A DNA stretch of 64,000 bases from NCBI GenBank assembly GCA_022827185.1, contig JAJDTM010000050.1:4743-68742 (forward strand), written 5' to 3'. Position 1 is the first letter of the stretch. Each line of letters opens with the position of its first letter. The stretch is from Candidatus Poribacteria bacterium (lineage in GTDB: Bacteria > Poribacteria > WGA-4E > WGA-3G). The position numbers and the translations under genes were made by a program. Shown piece by piece: positions 35,633-46,565 of this stretch. Under the pieces are notes generated by a model, which saw only the letters and a list, made by a program, of their open reading frames with translations, was not told where the DNA came from and made no database searches.

Positions 35633-38600
35633 CTATTTCCGTATCAACAGTTTCCGGGTTGTCATGTAATTGCCTGCTTTGAGTGTATAGAAATACACGC
35701 CTGTCGCCACCTTTTCACCGAGCTGATTCCGTCCATCCCAATGCGCCGCCTTGCTTCGATTCCGGTACATACCCGCAGGTTGGTTACCCAATAGCAACGT
35801 CCGCACGACACGCCCCCGCACATCGTAGATCGTTATCGTAACCGCCGCGGGTTTGGCGAGTTGATACGGTATCCACGTCTCTGGGTTGAACGGGTTGGGG
35901 AAGTTTGGCAGCAATGCCGTCGTCTCAGGTAGTGCTGGCGGTGTTAGAACAGACGGTGCCTCCGCAACTACATCCGTGACATTGATGGTAACAGTGATTC
36001 TATCTAACCCATTGCCATCAGAAACGTCGACCGTGACTGTGTAGGATGCCTTGGTTTCAAAATCCAAGACTGCGATAGTTTGGAGTTGCCCGGAGGTGTT
36101 GACAATGCTAAACGAATCCGCATCTGTCCCACCGAGAGTATAGGTGAGTGTATCACCCTCCGTATCTGTCGCAGCAACCGCAGTGCCGATGTTTGTGCCA
36201 AATGCCGTGTTCTCCGCGACAGTGCGTGTCGTGCTGGTGCCATCCGTGAACACGGGTGGGTTGTTAGTAAGATCAAGATCAAGCTTTAAACCTGGATGCT
36301 CTTCAATTGCATCGATGGCTGCCTTGAGTCGGCGGAGGGGACCATAAGCCGAAAGTGGAATCGGATTATTCACCAGATAGAGCCGTATCAGGGAAGTCAA
36401 GTCTTCAAGTGCTGATATATCACTTAACGAATTGTCACTCAGATCGAGCGAGGTCAGGGAAGTTAAGTCTTCAAGTGCTGATATATCACTGATCCGATTC
36501 CAATTCAGATTGAGCGAGATCAGTGCGGTCAAGTCTTCAAGCACTGATATATCACTGAGCGAATTGTCACTCAGATTGAGTGAGGTCAGTGCGGTCAAGT
36601 CTTCAAGTGCTGATATATCACTGATCGAATTGCGACTCAGATTGAGTGAGGTCAGTGCGGTCAAGTCTTCAAGTGCTGATATATCACTGATCCGATTCCA
36701 ATTCAGATTGAGTGAGGTCAGTGCGGTCAAGTCTTCAAGTGCTGATATCCCACTGATCGAATTGCGACTCAGATTGAGTGAGGTCAGTGCGGTCAAGTCT
36801 TCAAGTGCTGATATATCACTTACCGAATTGTGATTTAGATTGAGTCTTGTCAATGCGGTCAAGTTTTCAACTGCTGATATATCACTGATCGAATTGTTAT
36901 TCAGATAGAGTGTTGTCAGGGAGGTTAAGTCCTCAATTGCTGATATATCACTGATCGAATTGCGACTCAGATCGAGCCTTGTCAATGCGGTCAAGTTTTC
37001 AACTGCTGATATATCACTGATCGAATTGCGACTCAGATTGAGCCTTGACAGTGCGGTGAGTCCACTGAAATCACCGGTTTTCAGCGCACTGATTGACCTA
37101 TTTGACAAATTCAGAGATGTAATCGCTGCGAGATGTGCTATGGTCACATCATTAGCATTGCTAACACCTGGCACCGCAGCCACAATCGCATCCCGCACCT
37201 GCGCCGTGCGCTCATTGACAGGTGGTATTTCTATGACATTGATGGTGACGGTAATTCTGCCCCCACCACTATTGCCATCATAGACAGTCACTGTTACTGT
37301 ATAGGCGTTCTTCGTTTCATAGTCGAGTGCTGCCTTGGTTTGGAGCTGCCCGGAGGTCGAAACAATGCTAAACGCATCCGCGTCCGCGCCACTGAGTGTA
37401 TAGGTGAGGGTATGGTTATTCGCATCCGTCGCCGCAACCGCAGCCCCGATGTTTGTGCCTGAAACAGTGCGTTCTGCGACCGAGCGCGTGGTGCTGGCAC
37501 CCTCTGTGAATACGGGTGGATTGTTAGTAAGACCAATATCAAGGATTAAAAATGGAATTGCTGCCTTGAGTGTCCGGAGGGGCCCGTAATCTGAAATCGG
37601 ATTACCTGCGAGAGTTACGATGAATAACGAAGTCAATCCACTCAGGGTAGATACATCACTCACGTTATTGTTCTTCATATTGAGAGTGACCATTGAAGTC
37701 ATACCACTCAGCGCAGATATATCACTGATCGAATTGTTACTCAGATCGAGCCTTGTCAGTGCGGCGAGTCCGTTGAAATCGCCAGTATTCAGAGCACTGA
37801 TTGACTTATTTGACAGATCCAAGGATGTAATCGCTGCGAGGTGTGCTATGGTCACATCATCAGCGTTGCTAACGCCTGGCACCGCAGCCACAATCGCATC
37901 CCGCACCTGCGTTGTGCGGTCACTGAGCGGTGGCGTTATCTCGGCTACGTCTGTAATATCGACAGTGACGGCGATACTATCGTTCCCGCCATTGCCATCG
38001 GAAACGGACACGGTGACCGCGTAAGACGACTTCGTTTCATAATCCAGGGATGCGTTGGTTCGGAGCTGTCCTGAAGTGGAAACAATGCTAAACGATGCTG
38101 CATCTGTGCCACCGAGGGTATAGGTGAGCGTGGTATTCGCATCCACATCTGTCGCAGCAACAGCGGATCCGATATTTGTGTTGGCTGCAGTGTTCTCCGC
38201 TACGGAACGGGTCGCGCTGCTACCCTCTGTGAAGTTAGGGGCTTCGTTGACGTTCGTCACACTGATCGTGACAGTGATCGTATCCGACAGGTTACCACCA
38301 TCAGTAGCAGTAACAGTAACGGAATAGGAGATCTTCGATTCAAAATTCAGAGCCGCGTTGGTTCGGAGCTGTCCTGATGTAGAAACAATGCTAAACGATG
38401 AAGCATCCGTGCCACCCAGCGTATAGGTTAAGGTGTCACCGGTATCTGGGTCTGTCGCAGCAACTGCACTGCCAATGTTTTCACCGGAGGTGGTGTTCTC
38501 CGCTATGGAACGCGTCGCTGTGGTGGTTGCGAAGTTAGGTGCCTCGTTGACATTCGTGACACTGATCGTGACACTGATCGTATCCGACAGATTACCCCCA

Positions 38601-41600
38601 TCAGCGGCAGTGACAGTCACAGAATAGGAGGCTTTTGTTTCATGGTCTAAGGCAACATTGGTTTGCAACTGCCCAGAGGTCGAAACAATGCTAAATGAGG
38701 CTGCATCCGTACCACCGAGTGTATAGGTGAGTGTGTCGTCATCCACATCTGTTGCCACCACGGCAGCACCGATGTCTTCACCAGAGGCGGTGTTCTCTGC
38801 TATGGAACGCGTCGCTGTGGTGGTTGCGAAGTTAGGTGCCTCGTTGACATCTGTGACACTGATCGTGACATTGATCGTATCCGACAGGTTGTCGCCATCA
38901 GTCGCAGTGACAGTCACAGAATAGGAGGCTTTTGTTTCATGGTCTAAGGCAACATTGGTTTGCAGTTGACCGGAGGTCGAAACAATGCTAAATGAGGCTG
39001 CATCCGTGCCACCTAAACTATACGTTAGTGTGTTGCCGCTATCTGGGTCTGTCGCAGCAACCGCGCTTCCGATGTCTTCACCAGAGGCGGTGTTCTCTGC
39101 TATCGAACGCGTCGCGGTGCTATTTGCGAAACTTGGTGCTTCGTTGACGTTCGTCACAGTGATCGTGACGGGGATGCTATCGCTACCACCATTACTATCA
39201 GAAACAGACACCGACACCGAATAGGATGTTGTTGTTTCAAAGTCTAATGCAGCACTGGTTTGGAGTTGTCCGGAGGTGCTGACAATACTGAACGAGGAAG
39301 CATCGGTGCCACCCAGTGTATAGGTTAAGGTGTCACTGGTATCCGCATCCGTTGCAGCAACCGCACTGCCGATATTGACCTCTGAAGCGGTATTTTCCGC
39401 AATAGACCGCGTGGTGCTGGTGCCATCGGTGAATGCGGGTGCGCGGTTCTCATTAATATCTGTAACATTGACGGTGACGAGGACGCTACTGACGAGACCC
39501 TGGCTATCGGTCGCGCGGACGGCCAGATCGCTGTAAGCGCGCTTCGTTTCATAGTCAAGTGCCGCGTGGGTTTTTAGTTGCCCTGTCCTTGCGTCAATAC
39601 GAAACGCGTCCTTATCGGCACGCTGCAGCGAATAGGTCAGTGTATCGCCACTATCGGGGTCTGTTGCCTGGAAGGGAGTGCCGATGTTGGTGTTGGCTGC
39701 CGTGTTCTCTGCGACGGAGCGTGTGACCCTCCCCGCAGTGCTGAAAATCGGTTTCTCGTTCACATCGGTAACATTGATCGTGACGGCGATGCTATCTGTG
39801 CCACCATTGCCATCAGAAACAGACACCGACACAGCATAAGAGGACTTCGTTTCATAGTTTAGGGCAGCACTGGTTTGGAGTTGTCCGGAGGTGCTGATGA
39901 TGCTAAACGAGGCCGCGTCTGTGCCACTCAAAGTATAGGTGAGTGTGTCGCTGGTATCCGCATCCGTCGCAGTAATAGCAGTGCCGATGTTCGTGTCTGA
40001 AGTCGTGTTCTCTGCAACAGACCGCGTCGCGCTGGTGCCATCGGTGAACGCGGGAGCGTTGTTCTCCTTGACCTCTGTAACGTTGATAGTGACGCTGATA
40101 CTATCGCCCCCGCTATTCCCATCATAGACGGTAATCGTCACAGCATAAGATGACTTGGTTTCATAATCCAAAGCTGCGTTGGTTTGCAACTGCCCAGAGG
40201 TGCTGACGATGCGAAACGATGCCGCATCCGTGCCACCGAGGGTATAGGTGAGGGTATGATTATCGGCATCCGTCGCAGCAACGGCATCGCCAATGTTTGT
40301 GCCTGTAGCGGTGCCCTCTGTGACCGAGCGCGTGGTGCTGGTACCATCGGTGAATACGGGTGGGTTGTTATTAATATTAATATCAAGGATTACAAGCGGA
40401 TTTGCTGCCTTGAGTGTACGGAGGGGTCCATAATTTGAAATCGGATTACCTGCGAGAGATACGATGAATAGCGAGGTCAATCCACTCAGGGGAGATACAT
40501 CACCAATGTTATTGTTCTTCATATTGAGAACGACTATCCGAGTCATGCTACTCACTGGGGATATATCACTAACGCTATTGTTCATCAGAGCGAGCGTGTC
40601 CATTGAGGTCATACCGCTCAGGTTAGATATATCACTGATCGAATTGTTACTCAGCGTGAGCGTGACCATCGAGGTCATTCCGCTCAGTGCAGATATATCA
40701 CTGATTGAATTGTTATTCAGATCAAGCAAAGTCAGGGAGGTCAAGTTTGAAAGGGCAGATATATCACTGATCGAATTGTTATTCAGATCGAGCGAGGTTA
40801 GTGCGGTGAGTCCATTGAAATCGCCGGTTTTCAGGGAGCTGATTGACTTATTTGCCAAATTCAGGGATGTAATCGCTGCGAGGTGTGCGATGGTTACATC
40901 ATTTGCATTGCTAACGCCTGGCACCGCGGCGACAATCGCATCCCGCACCGCCGCCGTGCGGTCACTGACAGATGGTATTGGGGTTTCGTTTACATCTGTA
41001 ACATTAATAGTAACAGTGATGCTATCACTCCCACCATTCCTATCAGAGACAGAAACGGACACGGCATAAGAGGTCTTCGTTTCATAATCCAGTGCAGCGT
41101 TGGTTCGGAGTTGTCCGGAGGTGGAAACAATGCTAAACATGCTTGCATCCGCGCCGCTTAATGTATAAGTGAGAGTATCATTGTCTGCGTCTGTTGCAGA
41201 TACAGCAGCACCGATGTTTGTATTGGAATTGGTATTTTCAGCAATAGACCGTGTGGTGCTGGTGCCATCAGTGAATGCGGGTGCGCGATTCTCATTGACA
41301 TTCGTCACATTGATGGTGACGAGGACGCTATTGACGAGACCCTGGCTATCGGTCGCGCGGACAGCGAGATCGTTGTAAGTGCGCTTCGTTTCATAGTCAA
41401 GAGCCGCGCGGGTTTTCAGCTGCCCCGTGTTTGCATCAATACTGAACGCGTCCTTATCGGCACGCTGCAGCGAATAGGTCAGTGTATCGCCACTATCGGG
41501 GTCTGTTGCTTGGAAGGGATCGCCGATGTTTGTACCGGAAGCCGTGTTCTCTGCGACGGAGAGTGTGACCCTCCCAAAAATGTTGAAACTCGGTTTCTCA

Positions 41601-44482
41601 TTGACATCGGTAACATTGACCGTGACGGCGATGCTATCTGTGTTATTTGTCGTATTTCCATCATCAGCAGTAATCGTCACCGAGTAAGACGATTTTGTCT
41701 CGCGGTCCAGCGCTGCGCTTGTTTGGAGTTGCCCTGTCGTGCTGACGATACTGAAAGATGCGGCATCGTCGCCACCGAGGGTATAGGTGAGCGTGTCGTT
41801 ATCCGTATCTGTTGCGGCGACGGCAGTGCCGATGTTTTGCCCTGAAGCCGTGTTCTCTGCCACCGAGCGCGTGGTGCTATCGCCATCGGTGAACGTCGGT
41901 GGGTTATTCGCAGGCGCGTTCACTTGAATTGTGAACGTCAAGGTGTCTGAAAGGTTGCTATCACTCGCCGTATAGGTATAAGTCGCTGAATCCGACACAG
42001 CCGTAGGGGTTCCTGAGAGAACGCGCGTTGAAGTAGTGAATGTCAACCCGGCAGGGAGTGCGGGTGTCAGCGTGTATGTGAGGGTAGTGTTCGCATCAGG
42101 ATCCGTCGCTTCTGGCAAGGTCACGGAGGTGATTGCCGTTCCGTTGGTGGCAGAAATATTACTGATGGTTGTTCCGGTAGCGAACGTCGGTGTCTCATTG
42201 ACGTTTGTGACACTGATCGTGACGGTGATGGTATCTGACAAGCTTCCATCGGAAGCCGTCACAACAACTGTATAGGCGTTTTTATCTTCATAGTTCAGGG
42301 CATCCTTTGTTTTCAGTTGCCCTGTATTGCTGTCAATGCTGAAGGCTGCGGCATCCCCTGTTGTCGGGATCGAATAGGTGATCGTATTCCCACTATCAAC
42401 ATCCGTTGCGGTGAAAGCTGCGCCGATGTTTTGATTGGTTGCCGTGTTCTCTGCGACCGAGCGCGTCGCGGTAGTCGTTGCGAAAGTGGGTGCCTCATTG
42501 ACGTTTGTGACACTGATCGTGACGGCGATCGTATCCGACAGACTCCCATCGGAGGCAGTGACCGTCACCGAATAAGAGGTCTTCGATTCATAATTCAGGG
42601 CAGCGCTGGTTTGGAGTTGACCGGTGGTGCTGACAATACCGAACGATGCCGCATCCGTGCCACCGAGGGTATAGGTGAGGGTGGTATTCGCATCCACATC
42701 CGTCGCAGTAACCGGACTGCCGATATTTTGTCCCGACGCCGTGTTCTCTGCTATGGAACGCGTCGCTGTACTACTTGCGAAACTCGGTGCCTCGTTGACA
42801 TCTGTGACACTGATCGTAACATCGATGCTATCGCTGCCGCCGTTGTTATCAGAGACAGACACTGACACAGAATAAGACGACTTGCTTTCATAGTTTAGAG
42901 CTGCACTGGTTTGGAGTTGTCCGGAGGTGGAAACAATGCTAAATGAACTCGCATCCGTGCCACCCAAAGTATACGTGAGCGTATGATTATCCGCATCCGT
43001 CGCAGCAACCGCGCTGCCGATATTTTCACCGGAATCGGTATTTTCAGCGATAGACCGTGTGGTGCTGCTGCCATCCGTGAAGTTCGGAGCGTTGTTTACA
43101 GGCGTTTCATTGACATCTGTGACATTGATGGTGACGAAGATTGCATCGAAGTTACCTTCGCTATCCGTCGCGCGGATGACCAGATCGTTGTAAACTTTCT
43201 TCGTTTCAAAATCCAAGGCTGAGTGGGTTCGCAGCTGCCCTGTACTGGCGTTAATACGAAACGATGCCGCATCACCCCGATGCAGTGAATAGGTCAATGT
43301 ATCCCCATTATCTGGGTCTGTTGCTTGGAAGGGAGTGCCGATGTTTGTGCTGGAAACCGTGTTTTCTGCAACGGAGCGTGTGGCTCTCTTAGTTGGGAAA
43401 CTTGGTGCCTCATTGACATCTGTAACGTTGACGGTAACGGCGATACTATCACTCCCGTCATTCTCATCTGAAACAGAAACGGTGACTGAATAGGAGGACT
43501 TTGTTTCATAATCCAAGGCTGCATTGGTTTGGAGTTGTCCGGAGGTGGAAACAATGCGAAACGAATCCGCATCTGTACCACCTAAAGTATAGGTTAAGGT
43601 GTCATTATCGGCATCCGTTGCAGCAATAGCAGAACCGATGTTTGTGCCGGAAGCCGTGTTCTCCGCAACAGTGAGTGTCGTGCTGGTGCCAGCGGTGAAT
43701 ACAGGCGCGTTATTAATATCAATATCAATGGACACACGCGGATTTGCGGCTTTGAGTCTACGGAGGGGACCGTAATCTGAAATCGGATTTCCACTGAGAT
43801 GTAAACTCACTAACGAGGTCAAACCTTCAAGCACTGAGACATCGCTGATGGAATTGCCATCCAGCCACAGTGCTGTCAGCGAAGTCAATTTCTCAAGCAC
43901 AGATATATCACTGATGGCATTGTGAGCCAGATTGAGCGTTGTCAGTTTCGTCAATTTCTCAAGTGCAGATATATCGCTAATGGCATTGCCACCCAACCAG
44001 AGACGTTTCAGCGCAGTCAAGTTCGTAAGCGCAGATATATCGCTGAGGGCATTGTGAGATAAATACAGCCATCTCAGTTTCGTCAATTTCTTAAGCACAG
44101 ATATATCACTGATGGCGTTGTGATTCAGATTGAGCGTTGTCAGCGTAGTCAAGTTCGCAAGCGTAGATATATCAGTGATGGTATTGCGAGACAGATCGAG
44201 TGTTGTCAGCGCGGTGAGACCACTGAAATCTCCAGATTTCAAGGCACTGATTGACTTCTTGGAACACTCCAGGGTTATAATCGCTGCGAGGTGTGCTGCG
44301 GTGACATCGTTAGCACTGTTAACGCCTGGCACTGCAGCAACGATCGCATCCCGGATCTGTGGCGTGCGATCCTGGACAGGGGTTATATCCGCATACCCTG
44401 ATATATGCGCGCAAAAAACCATCAAAATCGTCAGGAAAGTTGATAAAATATATCTTTTATTTTCAAATAGTAGTTTTATCAT
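35633..44482 (-). CDS. Giant surface protein (2,949 aa): four LRR (internalin-like) modules alternating with about 18 cadherin-like domains, plus a C-terminal sorting domain
   Basis: The ATG at 44482 has AAGGAG 5 nt upstream and a signal peptide. 22-aa LRR units read LxLSxNSISDISALExLTAL. Cadherin-like units read DAD.DTLTYTLGGTDA..F.I....G.L.T...LDYE....Y.V.V.V.D...VTINVTDVNE. The tail is NPFNPETWIPYQL...GVYFYTL. Confidence 0.9.
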   Translation of the reverse strand: MIKLLFENKRYILSTFLTILMVFCAHISGYADITPVQDRTPQIRDAIVAAVPGVNSANDVTAAHLAAIITLECSKKSISALKSGDFSGLTALTTLDLSRNTITDISTLANLTTLTTLNLNHNAISDISVLKKLTKLRWLYLSHNALSDISALTNLTALKRLWLGGNAISDISALEKLTKLTTLNLAHNAISDISVLEKLTSLTALWLDGNSISDVSVLEGLTSLVSLHLSGNPISDYGPLRRLKAANPRVSIDIDINNAPVFTAGTSTTLTVAENTASGTNIGSAIAATDADNDTLTYTLGGTDADSFRIVSTSGQLQTNAALDYETKSSYSVTVSVSDENDGSDSIAVTVNVTDVNEAPSFPTKRATRSVAENTVSSTNIGTPFQATDPDNGDTLTYSLHRGDAASFRINASTGQLRTHSALDFETKKVYNDLVIRATDSEGNFDAIFVTINVTDVNETPVNNAPNFTDGSSTTRSIAENTDSGENIGSAVAATDADNHTLTYTLGGTDASSFSIVSTSGQLQTSAALNYESKSSYSVSVSVSDNNGGSDSIDVTISVTDVNEAPSFASSTATRSIAENTASGQNIGSPVTATDVDANTTLTYTLGGTDAASFGIVSTTGQLQTSAALNYESKTSYSVTVTASDGSLSDTIAVTISVTNVNEAPTFATTTATRSVAENTATNQNIGAAFTATDVDSGNTITYSIPTTGDAAAFSIDSNTGQLKTKDALNYEDKNAYTVVVTASDGSLSDTITVTISVTNVNETPTFATGTTISNISATNGTAITSVTLPEATDPDANTTLTYTLTPALPAGLTFTTSTRVLSGTPTAVSDSATYTYTASDSNLSDTLTFTIQVNAPANNPPTFTDGDSTTRSVAENTASGQNIGTAVAATDTDNDTLTYTLGGDDAASFSIVSTTGQLQTSAALDRETKSSYSVTITADDGNTTNNTDSIAVTVNVTDVNEKPSFNIFGRVTLSVAENTASGTNIGDPFQATDPDSGDTLTYSLQRADKDAFSIDANTGQLKTRAALDYETKRTYNDLAVRATDSQGLVNSVLVTINVTNVNENRAPAFTDGTSTTRSIAENTNSNTNIGAAVSATDADNDTLTYTLSGADASMFSIVSTSGQLRTNAALDYETKTSYAVSVSVSDRNGGSDSITVTINVTDVNETPIPSVSDRTAAVRDAIVAAVPGVSNANDVTIAHLAAITSLNLANKSISSLKTGDFNGLTALTSLDLNNNSISDISALSNLTSLTLLDLNNNSISDISALSGMTSMVTLTLSNNSISDISNLSGMTSMDTLALMNNSVSDISPVSSMTRIVVLNMKNNNIGDVSPLSGLTSLFIVSLAGNPISNYGPLRTLKAANPLVILDININNNPPVFTDGTSTTRSVTEGTATGTNIGDAVAATDADNHTLTYTLGGTDAASFRIVSTSGQLQTNAALDYETKSSYAVTITVYDGNSGGDSISVTINVTEVKENNAPAFTDGTSATRSVAENTTSDTNIGTAITATDADTSDTLTYTLSGTDAASFSIISTSGQLQTSAALNYETKSSYAVSVSVSDGNGGTDSIAVTINVTDVNEKPIFSTAGRVTRSVAENTAANTNIGTPFQATDPDSGDTLTYSLQRADKDAFRIDARTGQLKTHAALDYETKRAYSDLAVRATDSQGLVSSVLVTVNVTDINENRAPAFTDGTSTTRSIAENTASEVNIGSAVAATDADTSDTLTYTLGGTDASSFSIVSTSGQLQTSAALDFETTTSYSVSVSVSDSNGGSDSIPVTITVTNVNEAPSFANSTATRSIAENTASGEDIGSAVAATDPDSGNTLTYSLGGTDAASFSIVSTSGQLQTNVALDHETKASYSVTVTATDGDNLSDTINVTISVTDVNEAPNFATTTATRSIAENTASGEDIGAAVVATDVDDDTLTYTLGGTDAASFSIVSTSGQLQTNVALDHETKASYSVTVTAADGGNLSDTISVTISVTNVNEAPNFATTTATRSIAENTTSGENIGSAVAATDPDTGDTLTYTLGGTDASSFSIVSTSGQLRTNAALNFESKISYSVTVTATDGGNLSDTITVTISVTNVNEAPNFTEGSSATRSVAENTAANTNIGSAVAATDVDANTTLTYTLGGTDAASFSIVSTSGQLRTNASLDYETKSSYAVTVSVSDGNGGNDSIAVTVDITDVAEITPPLSDRTTQVRDAIVAAVPGVSNADDVTIAHLAAITSLDLSNKSISALNTGDFNGLAALTRLDLSNNSISDISALSGMTSMVTLNMKNNNVSDVSTLSGLTSLFIVTLAGNPISDYGPLRTLKAAIPFLILDIGLTNNPPVFTEGASTTRSVAERTVSGTNIGAAVAATDANNHTLTYTLSGADADAFSIVSTSGQLQTKAALDYETKNAYTVTVTVYDGNSGGGRITVTINVIEIPPVNERTAQVRDAIVAAVPGVSNANDVTIAHLAAITSLNLSNRSISALKTGDFSGLTALSRLNLSRNSISDISAVENLTALTRLDLSRNSISDISAIEDLTSLTTLYLNNNSISDISAVENLTALTRLNLNHNSVSDISALEDLTALTSLNLSRNSISGISALEDLTALTSLNLNWNRISDISALEDLTALTSLNLSRNSISDISALEDLTALTSLNLSDNSLSDISVLEDLTALISLNLNWNRISDISALEDLTSLTSLDLSDNSLSDISALEDLTSLIRLYLVNNPIPLSAYGPLRRLKAAIDAIEEHPGLKLDLDLTNNPPVFTDGTSTTRTVAENTAFGTNIGTAVAATDTEGDTLTYTLGGTDADSFSIVNTSGQLQTIAVLDFETKASYTVTVDVSDGNGLDRITVTINVTDVVAEAPSVLTPPALPETTALLPNFPNPFNPETWIPYQLAKPAAVTITIYDVRGRVVRTLLLGNQPAGMYRNRSKAAHWDGRNQLGEKVATGVYFYTLKAGNYMTTRKLLIRK
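36376..37100 (-). repeat. Array of about 11 tandem 66-bp (22-codon) LRR units, several nearly identical at the nucleotide level
   Basis: The unit cactgatcgaattgcgactcagattgagtgaggtcagtgcggtcaagtcttcaagtgctgatatat recurs with a 66/132-bp period. Confidence 0.85.
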
Positions 44483-45069
44483 AAGCTCCTTTGGGGTTTC
44501 GTCCAGAAAGCAGGTTTGCACAAACCAAAAGCGGTAGGGATAAGACGCGTTGAGAAAAGCCGAATGCAACAAAAACAGCCCGCGACGAACCGTTCCGTGC
44601 GAGACGAAACGCGCGCGGGCGTGCTTAAAGAGAGAACGACCCTGCAGGCTATACTATCTTGTGAAATACAATACCTATTATGTATTAAGCGGGAAAGGGG
44701 GCTGTTAACCAGGCAAATAATACAGCTAACTCCGAGTTAATAATACATAGAATCAACGAACACCCTGAGCAGCATTGCCCACTCTCACCGCACGCCCCTC
44801 AATGTGAGGCGTAGCGAAAGTCGCTTTTGCAATGTTAACATTGAGGCATCTACTTTTTGGCATTTTTGGTATCAGACATTCGGTTTTGGGGTTCAAAAAA
44901 CTGACTGTGTGAGGCTTTTTCAAAACGCGCACACCAATGGGTTATAATGAGTTGATTTTTATTGTTATTTCAATTATTAAACCATGAAGACTATATCTAA
45001 CTTATATTATAAGATATTTTTAGGGAAAAAGCAAATAATTTGAAAAAACTTCTGAATAGGGTCTAAACC

Positions 45070-46548
45070 TTATTCAAAATCAGCGACGCGTGCGGCTTGG
45101 GGCGGGCGCGTCGGGAGTTCTTTCTCGGCTAACCTGTGTTCGGGGATATAATGGGAATAATCGGAAATTGAACCGTGTGTCAACGCATACACGACGACGT
45201 TGGTCATGAAACGGTAGACACCGGGCGAATAATGAACACTACGCGTCGCATAACTGATCGTCTCCATCGCGCACATATAGTCCCGACGGACAACGATAAC
45301 GGACAACCTGTCCCCGACGGAGACCCCTTCAAGGTAGTTGCGTTTCGGTGGACGTGTGCCCCACCAGAAGATGTCGAACCCGATAGGCGGGCCGCCCATT
45401 TCATAGAAGTTATTGTAGACTTCATGCGTGTTGGAAATCCGTTCAACCTGATATTCAGGCATAACATAACGCATCTGTGCGAGAAAGAGACGCACCATCG
45501 CCTGCGCGGGAGCGTTCACACCGCAATCGTCAAAGACGAGGAATCCACCTTCCTCAATGAGGTAGCGACGCAACCCCGCCGCCTCAGCTTCGCTAAAACG
45601 GCTATCCATTCTACCGCCACCGTACTGCTGTCCGAGAAGGTTACGGACTCGAACGAAGTTCGGATCATGCCCTGTCATGAAGACGAGCGGTGTTTTGAGG
45701 AGGTTAGCATCGGTAAGTTTCACCGCGCCACCTTCAACACTCATGTCCGCTTTGATTTTTGTCCGTTCGTTGAGCCATTTTGTTAATGCGTTGAGCGAAG
45801 AAGCGTCCGCCCACCAGTCGGAGAGACTGTGCCGGACCCGCGTAAAACGAAATACGCCGCGGATATCTTTCCCTCTACCGATGACGCGTCCACCCGGGTC
45901 TCCCTTCGGTAGTGGCAGCACATCGTCATTACCGAGGATGATATTCTCGACGACATCACTGAGTGCTTCACGTGCAGTACCGACGTTTTCGACCATCGCA
46001 AGACCGGGGGGATGTTCAAAAGCGACTTTCACTTGTACGCTTCTGCCTGTCACACCATAATTGACGTTAGCCAGTCTAATGGTGGGTGTCTCTGCTACAG
46101 GGGCAGAGAATGCTAAGGCATCCAGGGCATCTGATACTGACAGATTTGAGTGCGTTACGGCTGTTGGCACGGGTGTGTTAGGTGAAACGATTCTCGGCAC
46201 GTTCGTATCCATCGGGGGATTGACTTTGACAGTCTGTTTTGAGACTTCAAGCACTGTTCGCGGTTGGGAAATGTGCTTTTCAACAAGCGCGTCCATTACA
46301 CGCGGTTGTGCCTGAATCTGTTCAACAACGATCGTATTTTGCGTTGGAATGGTCGGTTTAATAGCAGATTTGATAACAGGTTTCCGCACCTTAAGTCCCG
46401 GCGGTACTTTAATCCGGAGCATCTCGACACCGATAAACTCTTGAAATCGTGGCGTTTGTGTGATCAGATAAATACCCGTAACGATTGCTATGACGAGATG
46501 GAGTGCCACAGAAGTCATCAAGGCACCTGAAGTCCTTTTCACGCGCAC
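45070..46548 (-). CDS. Membrane-anchored protein with a TonB-like N-terminal SxxxH helix, a Pro/Lys-rich spacer and a C-terminal DUF4159-like domain (492 aa)
   Basis: GTG start with a GGAGGTGAT SD. N-terminus SVALHLVIAIV, a spacer rich in P/K/V, and C-terminal blocks LVFMTGH...FSEAEAAGLRRYL.EGGFLVFDDCG. The DUF4159 assignment is from memory only. Confidence 0.8.
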   Translation of the reverse strand: MRVKRTSGALMTSVALHLVIAIVTGIYLITQTPRFQEFIGVEMLRIKVPPGLKVRKPVIKSAIKPTIPTQNTIVVEQIQAQPRVMDALVEKHISQPRTVLEVSKQTVKVNPPMDTNVPRIVSPNTPVPTAVTHSNLSVSDALDALAFSAPVAETPTIRLANVNYGVTGRSVQVKVAFEHPPGLAMVENVGTAREALSDVVENIILGNDDVLPLPKGDPGGRVIGRGKDIRGVFRFTRVRHSLSDWWADASSLNALTKWLNERTKIKADMSVEGGAVKLTDANLLKTPLVFMTGHDPNFVRVRNLLGQQYGGGRMDSRFSEAEAAGLRRYLIEEGGFLVFDDCGVNAPAQAMVRLFLAQMRYVMPEYQVERISNTHEVYNNFYEMGGPPIGFDIFWWGTRPPKRNYLEGVSVGDRLSVIVVRRDYMCAMETISYATRSVHYSPGVYRFMTNVVVYALTHGSISDYSHYIPEHRLAEKELPTRPPQAARVADFE

Positions 46549-46565
46549 TTGTCATCACCTCCGAA

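Noticed and set aside
36004-44537. About 45 plus-strand ORFs of 60-200 aa (for example 36432..36833, 40464..41069, 42317..42865) and nested minus-strand ORFs inside the giant gene.
   Set aside because: They are antisense or out-of-frame shadows of a highly repetitive 8.8-kb coding region. Their translations mirror the repeat period and have no independent start signals.
44483-44572. The 30-codon upstream extension of the giant LRR/cadherin ORF.
   Set aside because: The ATG at 44482 has AAGGAG 5 nt upstream and starts a signal peptide. The extension lacks an RBS.
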